In this document: positions 51,601-64,000 of the stretch, piece after piece
Layout of the letters: each line of letters opens with the position of its first letter
Numbering within the stretch: position 1 is the stretch's first letter
Source: Raillietiella orientalis
Taxonomy: Eukaryota
Direction: 5' to 3'
NCBI GenBank assembly: GCA_036172245.1
Contig: JAYWIR010000003.1
Coordinates: 7,254,001-7,318,000 of the forward strand
DNA length: 64,000 nucleotides
Notes under the pieces: model-generated
Told to the model about the DNA's origin: nothing
What the model saw: only the letters and a program-made list of their open reading frames with translations
Databases searched by the model: none
Translations under genes and position numbers: made by a program

Positions 51601-54600
51601 TCAAGCGGTACGACTGGACACGTAGCGCGCTCGGTAGAACGCGGGAGCGGTCGCCATCGGAGCGTGGCCTTTTCGAAGCGCCCTCCTGGGAGAGCACCAC
51701 GCTCCCACCCCCTTCCCTTCGGAGGCGCGCAAAGGGGCCGACACAGCTGCAGACCCGAAGATCCCCGGAGCAACCACGGAACGACGAGGCCCCCCTTTTA
51801 TCTGACACCTTTCTGGAGAACGGGACTCCTCGTGGGCCGCCGTCGCCAAGACCGAAAGGGACGTTGCCGAGGTCTTTTCTTCCGCAAGCGGACGGACACG
51901 GGGGGTGCATGCTTGCGTCCCGGACGCCCAGCGTTCAGCGGGAGGCCTTTTTCTTCCGGTTTTCCCCTCCTCCCCCCCTCCTCCTCTCCGAGACGACTCT
52001 CGTTTCCCCCTCTCCTCGACTCCCACGCATGCGCTTCCCTGTCGGAGAGCGACCGCAGACGCTGCACTCCCTCTCCGCACCCTCCCCGACTTCCTCCCTC
52101 CCGGTCTCGCCAGCAGAAACCGCAGCTTCCCGCTCCATCAATCACAGAGCTGCCGCTGACGCGCGGCGGCGCCGGGATGGAGGCTACCGCCGCCGAGAGA
52201 CTCCTCTCCGCCGTCCCCGGGACTGCCGCCCTCATGTGCAAGGGGAGCATCCAGGACGCAAAAATCCGCTTCTGGACGGAGGATTCCTGTTGCTCACCCT
52301 CCACAGAGCAACGCGGGGAGGAGCAACGCGCGTCCTCCCGCCCTCGCGGGCAGCAGGCAGGAAACGAAGCCTCCTACCGTCCCCGCCACAGAGGCGAAAG
52401 AGTGCCGCGGCAGCCTCCCGCACACTCCCATCTCTTGCAACAGGCAAAGCTGCCGGGGGGTCGGGAGACTCCGTCGACGACTTCTCTCCCCTCCCTCCGG
52501 GAGACTTTCGCTCTTCTCCTGGAAAAAGAGGACACTCCATGGAACCTCTTCCACTCTCCTCCCAGAGGTGGAAGGAAGGAGGAAAGAAAGCTGAGAGGAA
52601 AGAGAAAGAAGGGAGGAGAAGGAATAAGGAGGAGAAGAGGAAGCAGGTGCGAAGGAGCGTCCCCCGGTGTCTTTCCTCGAGACCCCGGAGGTGCTGGCTG
52701 CCAGAAGGGAGACGCGCACCCTTCCGCCCTTTGGACACACGGGGGAACGGAGAACAATCCATCCCTCCTCTTCTCCTGCATTCTCTTCTTATTCTGCAGG
52801 TGGGAGAGTCCCTCTGGGACCCACAGTCTCTTCCGGCAGCTGCTGACAGAGGGAGGTGGCGGGGAATGCCCTGCAAGGGCGCCCGCGACTCCACAGACGA
52901 GTCTGCAGGTGGAAGGAGGCCGAGAAAGGACGTCCCGGAGACACAACCGCGCCTTGTGTGGGGAGGGAAGAGGGAACGAAAGGCGCGGTCCGGGAAGCAG
53001 GGGAGTCACCCTTCCTCCTTCCCCTTGCTTCCTTTTTCGCTCCGCCGTTCGGGTGGTCACAGCCACCGGTGCGCTCTCAGAAGAGCGAAGTTTTTTCCCG
53101 CGACAGGTCCACCTGGAGCGAGTGCCAATGTCTCCTTCGTGGCTCCAGTGGCGCCCTCCAAGGAAGAGGTCGACTGGAGGCCACCTCCCTCCTGAGGCCT
53201 GGTCCCAGCGCTTCTTTCCCTGAGATCCATCTTTCTCGGGCGAAGCTTCCGGAGCCAGCCGAGAGATGGCAGGTGCGATCATCTCTCGATGGTTTCGCCC
53301 TGCCCAAGGCTCCCGCCCCAGAGGCGACCGTCGGCAGAGGAAGGGGTCGACTTATCCACAGCAAAGGGGAGGAGTTCGGGGCACTGTGGCTGGTCACCGA
53401 CTGCTTCCTGAGCCCCTGCGCCAGCTCTGCGGCCTGCAAGTGGCGCGGAAGGAACGCTGGGAATAGTGTCGTTCTGGGAACCGGGAACCACGCGGTAGCA
53501 GGAGGGTCATTCGTCTCCACCTCCTCCTCCTCCTCCTTCTCAGGAAGAACGAAAGACGCCTTGAGGGGTCACCTCCTGGAGGGAGTGACCGCCCTGCCGG
53601 GTAGGCGATTTTCCTCATCCCGCTGACGCGTCTGGCGGAAACTGCGCATGGGAGGGAAGAATTCTGGGAGCGACCTCTGGGATGCCGAGCGGAGGAAAGG
53701 AGGGGCTCGCTCATCCACTGGCATCACTCGCATCCGGCGTCTGGCCCGTTTCTGGGACGACCAACGCGTAGTGCAGGGAACATCCGCGGTGGTCCGTTCG
53801 CACATCGTCCGGCCCGCGGATCACGCGTTGTGTGCAGGGGCGTTGCTTCCTGCCCGAAAGTCGTGCCACTCTCCTCCTCCTCCCCTCCCGCCTGCTCGGA
53901 TTCGCCGCCGTCCCGTTTCGTCCTCCCTGCCTCCCACTGGAACGTGGGATGGACAGCAGGGTGATGGATGGACGCGTGAGCCCCCCTTTTAGCTCGATTG
54001 CTCTTCCTACTGACAGATGACCCCGCGCGCAGGCGACGTTTGATTGATGACCTCGCAGCACTTCAGTGGATTGCCGCCAGCCGTCCCCGGTCCTTCGCGA
54101 TGTACCGGAGGCCCAGCCTAGGCATTCTGGCGCATGTCCCAGAGCTAGCCTATGGCAGACCGTTTCCAAGGGAGTCGATCCCTGGAGGCGAAAGAGAGGG
54201 GAGGGTGGAAGGGAGAAAAGAAACGAAATAGAGAGGCAGCACCTTCCCTCCCCCCTTCAATCGTTGCTGTCCGGGATCGGATCCTGGTCGGCGATGGGTG
54301 CCGCTGGCCGATGCCCCGTGGAGAAGGCTCGCGTCTCCCTCCCCGTTGCGGGGATTGCTGGAACGCACCGCTCGCCTTCTCGTTCGCACACCGCGGAATC
54401 CCGAAAGTAAGACCCTCCCACTTTCCGCGTGCATCCTATCTCCCTTTTTTCGCCCACTGCCTTCCTGCCATGGCGTCCCTCGACCCGCCTCCCCATCCTC
54501 TGCATCGCTAACCTTTCTGCCCTCCCTGGGACCTCCGAGGCTGTGAGAGCTCCCCCGGATTCTCCTATGATCCCACCCTCTGGAGGGCGCCTTCTCCTTC

Positions 54601-55377
54601 CGCCTCCTCCGCCGCCCGAACCGCCCGTCAAAGAGCAGACCGCCGATCGAACCAGGTACGGGCGCCTCCCAGCCGGACTCTAAGGCGAAGAGTTTTTCCA
54701 TTCTGCCGCCTGTCTGCCCTGAAGGGGCAGGGTGGCATCGCTGCCCTTCCAAAGGAGGAACGGCGCGGGCGGGGGTCTATCCTGAGGGCCTCCTGAGTGC
54801 GTTCCTCTTTCGCCGATATCTTGCAGTTGCACCTTTCACATTCCCGAGACCAGCGGCTGGGAGTTGGTCCGCGCACCTCTACGCGGGCGGGCGTTTTCAA
54901 GTCGTCCAAGCTCTCCACAGGGAGCGCCCATGGTGTGTGCTCCCTGCGGATAGCTTCGGGACTTGCGGCTCTTCTATGGAGCCCTTTCTCTCCCTCTGCC
55001 TGCTTTCCGGAAGGAGCAAATCCAGGGCAACGTTCGCATCTCCCTTCAGAGGAAAAAAAGAAAATTCAGCACCCATCCGATGAGTGGGAATCTGGAGGTA
55101 CCTCCAGCTGACCAATCAAAGACAACTGAATTTTATGACATTTTCGTGAATGAACGTGTAAAGAGCAGGAAGTCTTCGGGTTTGTCACTAATCTGCTCAC
55201 CGATTAAGCCACATCAGGTTCAGTCCTCTAGGGGTCGCCAATTCCATCTCGTGCTCTACCGGTGGTATGACTCTCGGTGCATCCCTACGGTGGATTTTTT
55301 TTGTTATTAGGCACCTTTTCCTTTGAGAAATGCTTATCCATTAGACACGGGTCCCACGCTGCCTCTGCTCTTTTCAG

Positions 55378-57250
55378 GTTATTTGCCAATCATTACAGAC
55401 TTCGGCTGCTCCTAGGTTTAGGAGAAGGATGACCTACTCGTCTCTGGGTCACTCTTCCCTCGCTCATCCCCGTTGCATAGTTTCACGATCCTCCTCGCTG
55501 CCCCAGGAACGAGGGTGCCGAGAGACTTGGAGTCTGGAAACGGAGAGGATGTGGTCTACTTTGACTAAGTCTCTAACCAGAAACTGCAGAGCAAACTTCG
55601 AAGACTTCCAGGATTTCGCCGATGTTGGAGCACCATTGTTGCAGCTAATTCTCGCTGTCAATCATCCATCGTTAATCACTGCTCATGGCTACTCATTGTT
55701 TAGTTTCATGGCTTCGTATTGTTGCTTATCACAACAATTAGTAGCAGTCACGAGCAGCTACTTATTGTTGTGGCTGCTCATTGTTGTCACACAGCGTGCG
55801 ATTACTCATGCGAATGGTACGCGAATATGCAAACGAACTTGGGTGCACAAGGTGCTTTCCCTGGGCTATCGCGCAGAAAGCCCTTCGAAAATAGGGCATC
55901 CGGATGCTGGATTCCATCGACTGCCTTTCCCCCTCATGAATGAGTGGCTGGAAGAACGGTTGCAAGCTTGGCTCCCTCATCATTCTGGCAGTGCAAGCGA
56001 CCAGCTTAGTGAGGATTCGAATTCTCATAGAGACGCTTGGAGCAGATCCGAGGCGGCGCATGGAGACGGCATGTTTACCTCGGCTATATGGGTAGCTCGC
56101 ATGCTTTTTAAAAGCAGCTGCTTTATAATTTGGCTCCCGAGTTATTAATCAAAATGACAGAAGCAGGAAACTAAGTAATAACGAAATGTTGGGACGGGTA
56201 TTTTCACGGCCGTTTGCAGTGGAAGCTAGTCGGAAATGGTTGGCTCCACAGTTACATTCGGGAGGAGCTTTGAACTTATTAAAGAACAGATAAAACCAAG
56301 GAAAATTCTAGAGCACAAATGGATTCCCGAAGTGGCCTAGACCGTTTGATCGTAGAAGCTTTTTAGGACCACCGAGAGGCAAGGTGAGATCAAAGCTGTA
56401 GAGGGGAAAAGCAGTTTGCTGAGGCTGTTTCGTGCCTTGGGTTTCTTTAAAATCACACGTATCCGATAGCTTCTTAGCCCGTCTGAGTCCACGGGAGAAC
56501 GGACACGTTTCCAAGAGAAGAATTTGTCCTTGCGGTTCCTTCTCTTCTTTTCTCAGTTTCCTTTTTCCACTCTCCTTTGTCTCTCTGCGCACAAGACGCT
56601 GCCGGAAAACGACTGCTTGGACGATGGTTCGTTCCCGATAGTTCGTCTCATGCACAGATTGTTTCCTTGGATCGAGGTACGAAGGCATAGGGTCCATGCT
56701 CGGTCCCAAGCATCCGGAACTTTAGAATCAGCAATGCGTCATGTTCGGCACCTTGCGTGCAAGAGTTCGAATCCGTCCGAACCCGGCTTCCATTCGTAAG
56801 AAGGCAGTAGTTTGGGAGCATACTGAAACCACACTTCCACATCTTAGAACCATCTCTTTCCTGCCAACTCAGTCTTTGATTCGCAGGTACTTTTCTTCAT
56901 CACGCGAGTTTCCAACAGTGGCACTCATGAAACTGCTGCGTTCCCCGGGGGTGATGGCGCTAAGACCTCTCGTTCCGTTAATGGCTTAGTACTTGCCCTA
57001 GCCTGTGAACTACTATACAACTTCAGCGGAAACCAGCTGAGCAGTCCAAACTTCCAAAAGTTCTTATAGCAGTACAGGATCCTTGGGAAAACTGGACGTT
57101 GGAGCGGCCTCCACGACTTTTTGTCATGTTTTGATGGAACACCTTCCACGTCTCTTCTCGCACTTGGAAGACATCATGCCTGGTCCGTCTTGCTTCCTGC
57201 AGCACACTCCCCCCAGTATTCTCTCTCCTTGATTTCTGTTTGTCTCTTCG
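55378..57250 (+). pseudogene. Possible highly decayed MFS (SLC17/sialin-like) transporter relic
   Basis: With two 1-nt frameshifts, 55378-55447 reads GYLPIIT/LRLLLGLGEG/MTYSSL. Weaker SLC17-like motifs follow in the expected order (PQER, ESP..HP, FPW, TTLP, SPQYS). Recognised by eye only. Confidence 0.2.
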
Positions 57251-58976
57251 CATTTCCAAAGGGCCAAAATCAAACCGCACTGGGAAAAACAAAAACTATG
57301 ATCCCTCTCTTGCAAATTACTACGCAAAAGCTCGAGCACGGTGATGTGCGTGGATCACGTGGTTCGTAACCTGCTCACCATTCATCGATTCCCGGCAGTC
57401 ACGAGTGCAAGGATCGACAAATTCAGCGGGAGATTCGCAAAGCTACGCCTACAGAAAAGACTCCGGCAATAGATTTCGCCTTCTTGGAAAACTCTTTTTA
57501 CTTGAGAATGGAAAAATCTTCAATATAGCAAGCTGAAGGAACCAAGAGACCCAAACGGAGGAGAACAGGGATGGAAAAGAACAGCAAGCTGGGGATGCTC
57601 CACAAACCATAAGGAGTGGCAAACAGCAGCTGAGGTTTTCGGTACTTACCGGAAATTTTTGGTTTCTGCATCGGCTTGAGTCGAGCGCGCGCGGCTCGAC
57701 TCACGCGACTTAGCAGCGGAAAATAGGGGAACATTAAGTTACACAGTGATGTACCCCCCGTACGACTACGGAGAGAATTTATACTTGAACACGGTGTGTC
57801 GCTCGCACGCCACGGTCGCGCCAGTGGGCTTGTCGCCTTCCACAAGTAAAAGCCTGGTCAGGACGTCTCATCTCATCCTTTTCGAGATGGATTCTGGGTT
57901 GTAAAGCCTTCCGGATTCATCCCTCCGACACGACGTCTCACTGCTGCTTCCGTCATAACCATCCTTTTGTGCGATCCCAGACGGTCTCGTCCCCATGGCA
58001 CTCCTCTCCTCTTGCACCTCACCGGCTTGAGGGCTTGAGGATCAGCCACTCTGCACACTGTTAGAAGAAGTAGCGGCGCGGGTTCCGGCAGCATCCTCTG
58101 ATGCCTTGTCCAATGTTCGTCACGAGCTGCTGTCCTCCCTACAAGTGTGAGTATCCCTCAAGGGCCAAGAGACTGACTGCTGCTGCGACTCCGCGGACAA
58201 AGAGAGATGAGTCATGACAACTCCCTCGCCGCCTCCCTTTTTCTCTAGCTGAGGATATGCAATCTTCTGGAGGCCCTGTTCTGTACGCGGGACCAAAGGC
58301 AGCAACCCGTACGTTCCGCTTTCCGCACCAGGAAAGAGAAACCTGTACTCCCAAGTGTGTTGTTTAACAGCAAGGAAGGAGATGTTTAATAAGCAAGAAG
58401 ACCCTTCTTTCGCGCCGAACCCTAGGGGGTGAGTCGGTCTTCCTACCTAAATAGGCGCTTCCACCGGAAATGGAGCGTGATTCGCAAGTGGCACGGAGAC
58501 CATTCGACGTTCTTGGCAGAGGTTTGCCCCTGAGGTCTGTCATGGAGCGCCTACTCTCCTCTCCTCTTGCGGCATCCACCCACACCTGTGCTGGCTGGCA
58601 CGCCCATTCTCTCTTGTTTGGATATGTCGCTTTCTTCCGCGGATGGTGGCCGAGAGCCTCAGCTTCTGCCGCATCTCTGGACTTAGTCTCGCGGGGCTCA
58701 GCCGAACTACACAGTGATGCCCATTTCTCCGGAAGGAAGACGAGAAAACACAGTCCCCAGGGGCTGGTAAAGTAGGATCGTCAGATCCGGGGTCGGACGA
58801 TGGCGCTGTCCACCAATCCGTCCCGAGAAGGCGCGGATTCAAATCCTCGAGCAGCCCGGGTGGCTTTTTCTGCTTCTCAGCACTCACGAATCCCCTTCTG
58901 TCCTACCTTACTTGTCCCGTTTCCTTGAAGATAAGGCGTTCGGGCCGCGAAGACGGACCGCTCGCCTCTGAATGAT

Positions 58977-59244
58977 ATGCTTCCAGACGGCGCAGAGACG
59001 ATGGAGAAGACCGAAGCGCTGGACAGCGACCGCAGAAGTGACGGAGAGGACGAGGACGCTCTCGAGAAGGTCGAGGGAGCAGATTGCAGCCTCCTTCCGC
59101 AGGGCGCACTTGCCGAAGAGCCCAGTGGCATGGTCAGGGAAACATGGAGCAAGAAGATAGAGTTCCTGTTGGCGGTGATCGGCTTTGCTGTGGACCTTGG
59201 CAACGTCTGGCGCTTCCCATACATCTGCCACAAGAACGGAGGAG
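58977..59244 (+). CDS. SerT: Serotonin-transporter-like SLC6/NSS monoamine transporter, first coding exon (N-terminus + TM1)
   Basis: Translates [11 protein letters not shown]...[36 protein letters not shown], the NSS TM1 signature including the monoamine-transporter Asp (VDLGN). An in-frame TAA at 58932 lies upstream, so the start is ATG 58977 or ATG 59001 (better Kozak context). Donor GAG|GTGAGT at 59245, phase 1. Confidence 0.93.
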
Positions 59245-60084
59245 GTGAGTCGGTCACTGCGAGAGCGGATCAGGGGGCGTAGATGCTCACATTCCGAGTC
59301 CTCAACTTCTTCCTTCCAGTCGCTCCTTCGCTTGTCTGTTCGCGATACGGCGAACCGGTCCTTGAGGGCTTGAGGTCTTAGGACTCTGAGGGTGGGTAAG
59401 CGGGGATGCGCTCCCTATCGTTAAGGGTGCGCTCTCTTGCCACACTTCCCCCTCCACTTCTCATGCTGGAAGTTTTCGCGGCTATGCCGTTCTCCCTCGT
59501 CGTGCACGGTACAGTTTTAGTACGCGCCACGAAAGGCTGTGCCTATGACACGAATAGCTTTGTCTACAAGGTATGTGAGGCTCTCCACGATTGGAAGCTT
59601 TTTCCACTCTTGAACAGCATGCACCAGTCGGAAATGCACCCGGACCCCGCGTTGGGGAGGTGGACGTTCCCGGTGGGTCCGCCTGTCCGGCGCCTCGCGC
59701 ACCACTTCTCACCAGCCACGCAACCCTTAAAATCGGTTCCCACTCTAGGCAAGAACCTAGACTTTTCTCAGACATCCTCTTTCCGCCCATAGGAGAGCAG
59801 GAAGGACACTTTTCACTGTTGGTGGGAGCCTTTCCACCTTCGGGAATGTGCCTGCGCACTTGCCATCCGCTGTCCGCTCATTTTCTCTTTGCCGAAGCAT
59901 CTGCTGTGGCCTTCTTTCGGCGGATACGCGTGCTCGGATCCCTCCGCAGACGGCATGACTTAGCTCGGATGGAGTCGAGAAAGCGGTCCACGAGCGCGGG
60001 AAGGGCTCTCTTTTCTGCTCTCCCGGGGGTCCATCTGGGGCGAAAAAGCTGGCGTTGGCAGGTGATCTTCGTGTGTCATTGCAG

Positions 60085-60219
60085 GTGCGTTCCTGGTTCC
60101 CTACGTCATTATGCTGCTGCTCATGGGACTGCCGCTCTTCTACTTCGAACTGGCACTGGGCCAGTTCCACCGGAGCGGATGCCTCACCGTCTGGGCAAAG
60201 ATCTGTCCGATGCTGAAAG
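60085..60219 (+). CDS. SerT: Serotonin-transporter-like SLC6, second coding exon (TM2, 135 nt)
   Basis: Acceptor cattgcAG|GT at 60083-84. Reads (G)[44 protein letters not shown]. The GQFHRxGC motif is characteristic of SERTs rather than DAT/NET. Donor AAG|GTGAGA at 60220, phase 1/1, consistent with both neighbouring exons. Confidence 0.95.
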
Positions 60220-60479
60220 GTGAGAGAAGACGTAGGTCACCTCGAGTCCTGTCGCTCGCCCTCTCATCATCCCTTCTCCCGGAGTTCCCTGGCGGCGGAC
60301 GCTGCCTGCGCGGCATCCTCGGGAGGAAGAAGCATGAGCGTCCGCGGCATCCTCTGCCAAGGGTCTGCCAAAGCACCCTTCGCTTCTGCGTCTTCCTTCA
60401 CTTCTCTCGTAAGCCACCTGCGGGTCTAGGCACTAGCAAGCTGTCTGTCTGGCGTGACACCGGAACCCCCACGATGCTC

Positions 60480-61900
60480 CCTTGCCTCCTTGGAAACGGC
60501 GCTAGTGACCAGGTATCATTGCCCTACGACGGCGCCACCTGGAGGATACGCAGAGCACTTGTTCCTTCGAGCCGGGGCGAACCCATTGGCGAAGGACTGG
60601 CCTGAAATCGCAGGCCTCCACTCTGGAATGTTGCCGATGGAGTGGCCACGAAGCAGGCTTTTCCGGTTTTGCTCTTACGTGGCAATTCCTTTGCCTTCTT
60701 CGGAAACGGGCGCGATGATGATAAAGGACAACCCCTCCGCTCCCCATGAGAGTACCTGCCAGTTCCCTGGCTGCCGCGTAGCACGGTATTTTTCTAGGGA
60801 TCGTCCCTTCGCGCCCTCTTCACCTCCCGTTCTTCCCGGGTAACGACCTCCTTTCTCCGCTCCCGAAGTCCACGTGATGGCAGCATGCGGAGCCACTCGC
60901 GATGCGTCTTCGAACGCGCCAGTCTCTTACCCAGCCTGGGCTGTGGCCTCGGTGGCGCACGCACTTTCTCGCCTTTGCACACCGGCTGCGCACCAAGGAG
61001 TGCGAGGATGCGATTGGCATGAGAGAAGGGCAGATTTTCTTCTCCTTGCAGGTTGACTTCCTCGAAGACGGGGTCCTGGTAGGGGGAAACCTTGGGATCC
61101 CCTAGAGAGCCAGGAGCACACTGAAATTCCCATGGACACTCGTGGATGGGGGTCTTGGGATCTTCCCTTGATGCCGGTTCTCCTCGCAGCTCAACGTAGC
61201 CATCTGTGGCTACATTGAGCTCAAATGGGCATCGTTGAAGAAGAGTGGAGGGCGGGGCGGGGAACAAGAACGAGTACACCTGCGTGAAACCACCGTCACT
61301 GCTCACCCGCTGGTGCTTCTGTCCACGCGAAGTCCTCGGCGCCGCTCCGCAACCGCAGGGAACTATCCAGGCTCATTGCGTAGGCGGGCGCACGGAAACG
61401 AACCGCTTCCAGGTCAACGGATGAGAGATCACGGCGTGGGTTGGCGAGATTCCAGATGAGGTCCGCTCTCTCGGTTTCCCGATGGCCGTCCATCGCACAC
61501 TTCAGGGTCTCGGGCGCGTCTCCCGGTCACGCGTGCGGGCAATGCGAATTGCGCCTACACCCGCTCACGTCTTCAGTGTACGGGCGTCTCTCCGTTCAAC
61601 AACTCTGAATGCGTTCGGTGACAAGATCAGCTCTTTCTAGGTAGACAGAGGGGTCGGAGATGATCGGGGGTGGGGGGACGAAGGCGACCGGGGGGATCGC
61701 AGTGCTGCCACTTTCGCGGCTTCGTCTGCAACAGAGAAATGAAATGCTCATGGAAAGTCCTTCTTACCTCTGATGGCAATGGTGAGTACGAATGAGGAAG
61801 AACAGACAAAACGCAGGACGGGTCCTCCAGAAATGCAGTGACTCCACCATAGTACTGATTCTCTCGGATCGGAGATTCGGACCGACATCCTACTGGGCAC
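60480..61900 (+). mobile_element. Decayed Ty3/Gypsy RNaseH-integrase remnant inside the transporter intron
   Basis: LEDGVLVGGNLGIP (~61060, cf. VEDG.L..G.RVVIP) followed by QRSHLWL (cf. ARS.VWWP). LPYDG lies upstream and VTPP downstream. Confidence 0.4.
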
Positions 61901-63816
61901 CCTCCCCGGTCTGAAAGACACTGCAACCCGCCTCACCCTCATCGAATTCAAGTCGGCCTTTGAAACTTGGAGCACCCGCTGAAGAACCAAACATTCAAAG
62001 CAGCGTTCAGAGTATCCGTACTTGGAGCAGAACTGCGGAAAGAGACTCAGGCTTCACAAATTAGGAGTTTTTAGAGCACTCCGCCGCAGCTTGACGGCGG
62101 AAATAACAACTCACTAAACGACGGCATTTCAGCTGCTAGTGGAGGTTCGCGCCTGTTCCGCGTATACACCACGCTTATTAAAGGCGCTTCCCTAATTACA
62201 GCCCCTCTGCACACTGACGGAGATTTGGTTAGCGATCGTTCTTACGACTATCAGTTTGCTTAATGCGGACAGCATCCGCCCAGAGGCTCTTTGCAAACCA
62301 CGTCGGCAACGCCGTAAAGCCGGGCACTTCCGAACCGCCATCGAAATACCGAATCGGCATCCGTAAATGAGCGCGAACTTAATTTTCTTTCGAGTTTTCC
62401 TGGATTGTTCAAGGACCCGCTTCCAGGCAATCGAAGGACACTGTTTTCGGCGGCGAAGGAGATGCTGCAAGATGCAGGATATGCACGCGTTCCGCAGGAG
62501 CCGCGCCATGTTGAGGCGGAAATGCGTCTTCCGCGTAGCAATCGCGGTTGGCGGACGCGCCGCTGGAGGGCGAAGCTCGCCCCTTCTGGCGCCGTTCCCG
62601 TGGCACGGATCCCTGCGTTCTGCCGTCCCCCTCTGCCTGGCCACCTATCTCATTTCGGATGTGGTTCGACCACATCGTTCCTGCAAACAGCCGCTCTCAC
62701 TCACACGCCCCGGTATTCTCATTCCCGGGTCCCGATGGGTTGGCTGAAGAGCTTCACGGTGGGCCGCCGACTCCGCTCGCGCTCCTGCGATCGGGGAAAC
62801 GGCATTGGATGAGAAGGGTGCAAGGTGACGATGCGGGAGGAAGCGGAGGATGAAGGGGAGGAGAGGGGGGGGGGGAAGGCAAACCGGCCAGCCTGCGAGG
62901 GAGGTGCAGCGGAAGTAGTCATCGAGGAATTGCGGGAAGCAGCACAGGCGGCGGCGAGCTCCTCGGCGTGTCGGCAGCCGCGCGGGAAGGCGAGACTGCT
63001 CGGCGGCGAAAGAGCTGCGCGCGAATGCGTGTGAGGAAGAAGAAAAAGAGGAGGGAAGGGAGGAAGGCGGGTGGACGTCCAAGGCCAAGGCACCAAGCAT
63101 CTGCACCAGCTCCCCGCCCGGCGGCGGACTGCCTGCCGAGCGGGAAGGACGCTGCTGGGACCGCAGACCCCTCTCTCCGGGTGATGGCAGCTCCATGGGA
63201 ACGGCTAAGGGACGCAGCACCCTGAGGTCAAACACAGCATCCCGTTTGCCTCTCCTATTGTGGCCCGCGCGCCCTACGCTCCGTTGAGCACGGAAGGAGG
63301 GATCGCGTAAACCGGAAGCGCCCCCTTTGCTGGTTACCTGCGCTCCACGGACGGACCGGGGTTACGAGGAGGGCCACATCCACGCCGATGCTGGAAGGAG
63401 GGGGGGACAGAGGCCTGTCAGGATGGCAGCGGAGTTTCCGGGTCGATGAGGCGCAGCCCGGAAGCAGGCCGAGATCTTCTGCGTCATTTCCGGCGCTCCT
63501 CCCTTTGTTCCCTTCTGGAGGAGCGGGTGCTCCCGCCACAGTTTCCCGTTCCGACCTTCCCTTGTCACCTCCTCCCCAAACGGGCCGCCGAGGGTGCCTC
63601 CGGCCTCCTCTTCCTCTCACGTGCCGGGAGCTCCCCGCCATGGCAACCGCTGGGGATCCCGGGAACTCCCTCGCTGCCTCCGCGCGCCTACGCGAGTCTC
63701 CGGTCGCGAGCGTGGGCGAAGCGGGTGCGGGCGGCGCTCTCTCTCTTTCCTCCTCGCTTCCACCCCACTCCTCCTTTTCGCTCCCAGATTCCTGCCTCCA
63801 TTTCCTCGTCTTTCAG

Positions 63817-64000
63817 GTGTCGGGTACAGCATCTGCATCATGAATTTCCACACGGCCCTCTACTATAACACCATCATCTCTTGGGCGCTCTACTACTTCC
63901 TGTCTTCCTTCCGCCGGGAGCTTCCGTGGACTACCTGCGGGAACGCCTGGAACACGCCCAACTGCACGATGATCGAGGACGTGGTTAACGTCTCCGACTA
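63817..64000 (+). CDS. SerT: Serotonin-transporter-like SLC6, third coding exon (TM3 + start of EL2), runs off window
   Basis: Polypyrimidine acceptor tttcctcgtctttcAG|GT at 63815-16. Reads (G)[60 protein letters not shown], with YYN, LPW and the EL2 C-x8-C disulfide pair. N-glycosylation sequons NCT and NVS. Confidence 0.95.

Noticed and set aside
51240..53223. Two long overlapping ORFs (651 aa and 614 aa)
   Set aside because: R/P/S/G-rich, open in several frames at once, no domain motifs, and they run through low-complexity purine tracts. Typical GC-rich shadow ORFs over decayed TE sequence.

Overview
Eukaryotic genomic DNA, most likely from an invertebrate (arthropod-like), GC-rich and CpG-rich. 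It is not prokaryotic: I see no operons, CRISPR arrays, or recognisable rRNA/tRNA. The only securely supported host gene is the 5' part of a serotonin-transporter-like SLC6 gene on the + strand, with three phase-1 spliced coding exons (58977-59244, 60085-60219, 63817 to window end). Its TM3 binding-pocket residues are unusual. Most of the rest is nested, heavily decayed retroelement sequence: a dominant L1/Tx1-like non-LTR family, RTE-like fragments and two Ty3/Gypsy pol remnants. Most six-frame ORFs are GC-rich shadow ORFs. The most novel-looking signal is a multi-hairpin 3' module shared by about 10 diverged Tx1-like copies. Its stems change sequence but keep pairing, and it ends in AATAAA plus a GC hairpin rather than a poly(A) tail. 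Other signals: a 519-bp identical duplication with an apparent template-switch hairpin at its edge, a 22-bp perfect hairpin inside a CpG-depleted AT-rich island, a (CA)n-tailed insertion with a 7-bp TSD, and a candidate divergent minus-strand transcript upstream of the transporter. TE boundaries are approximate and family calls rest on motifs recognised by eye.
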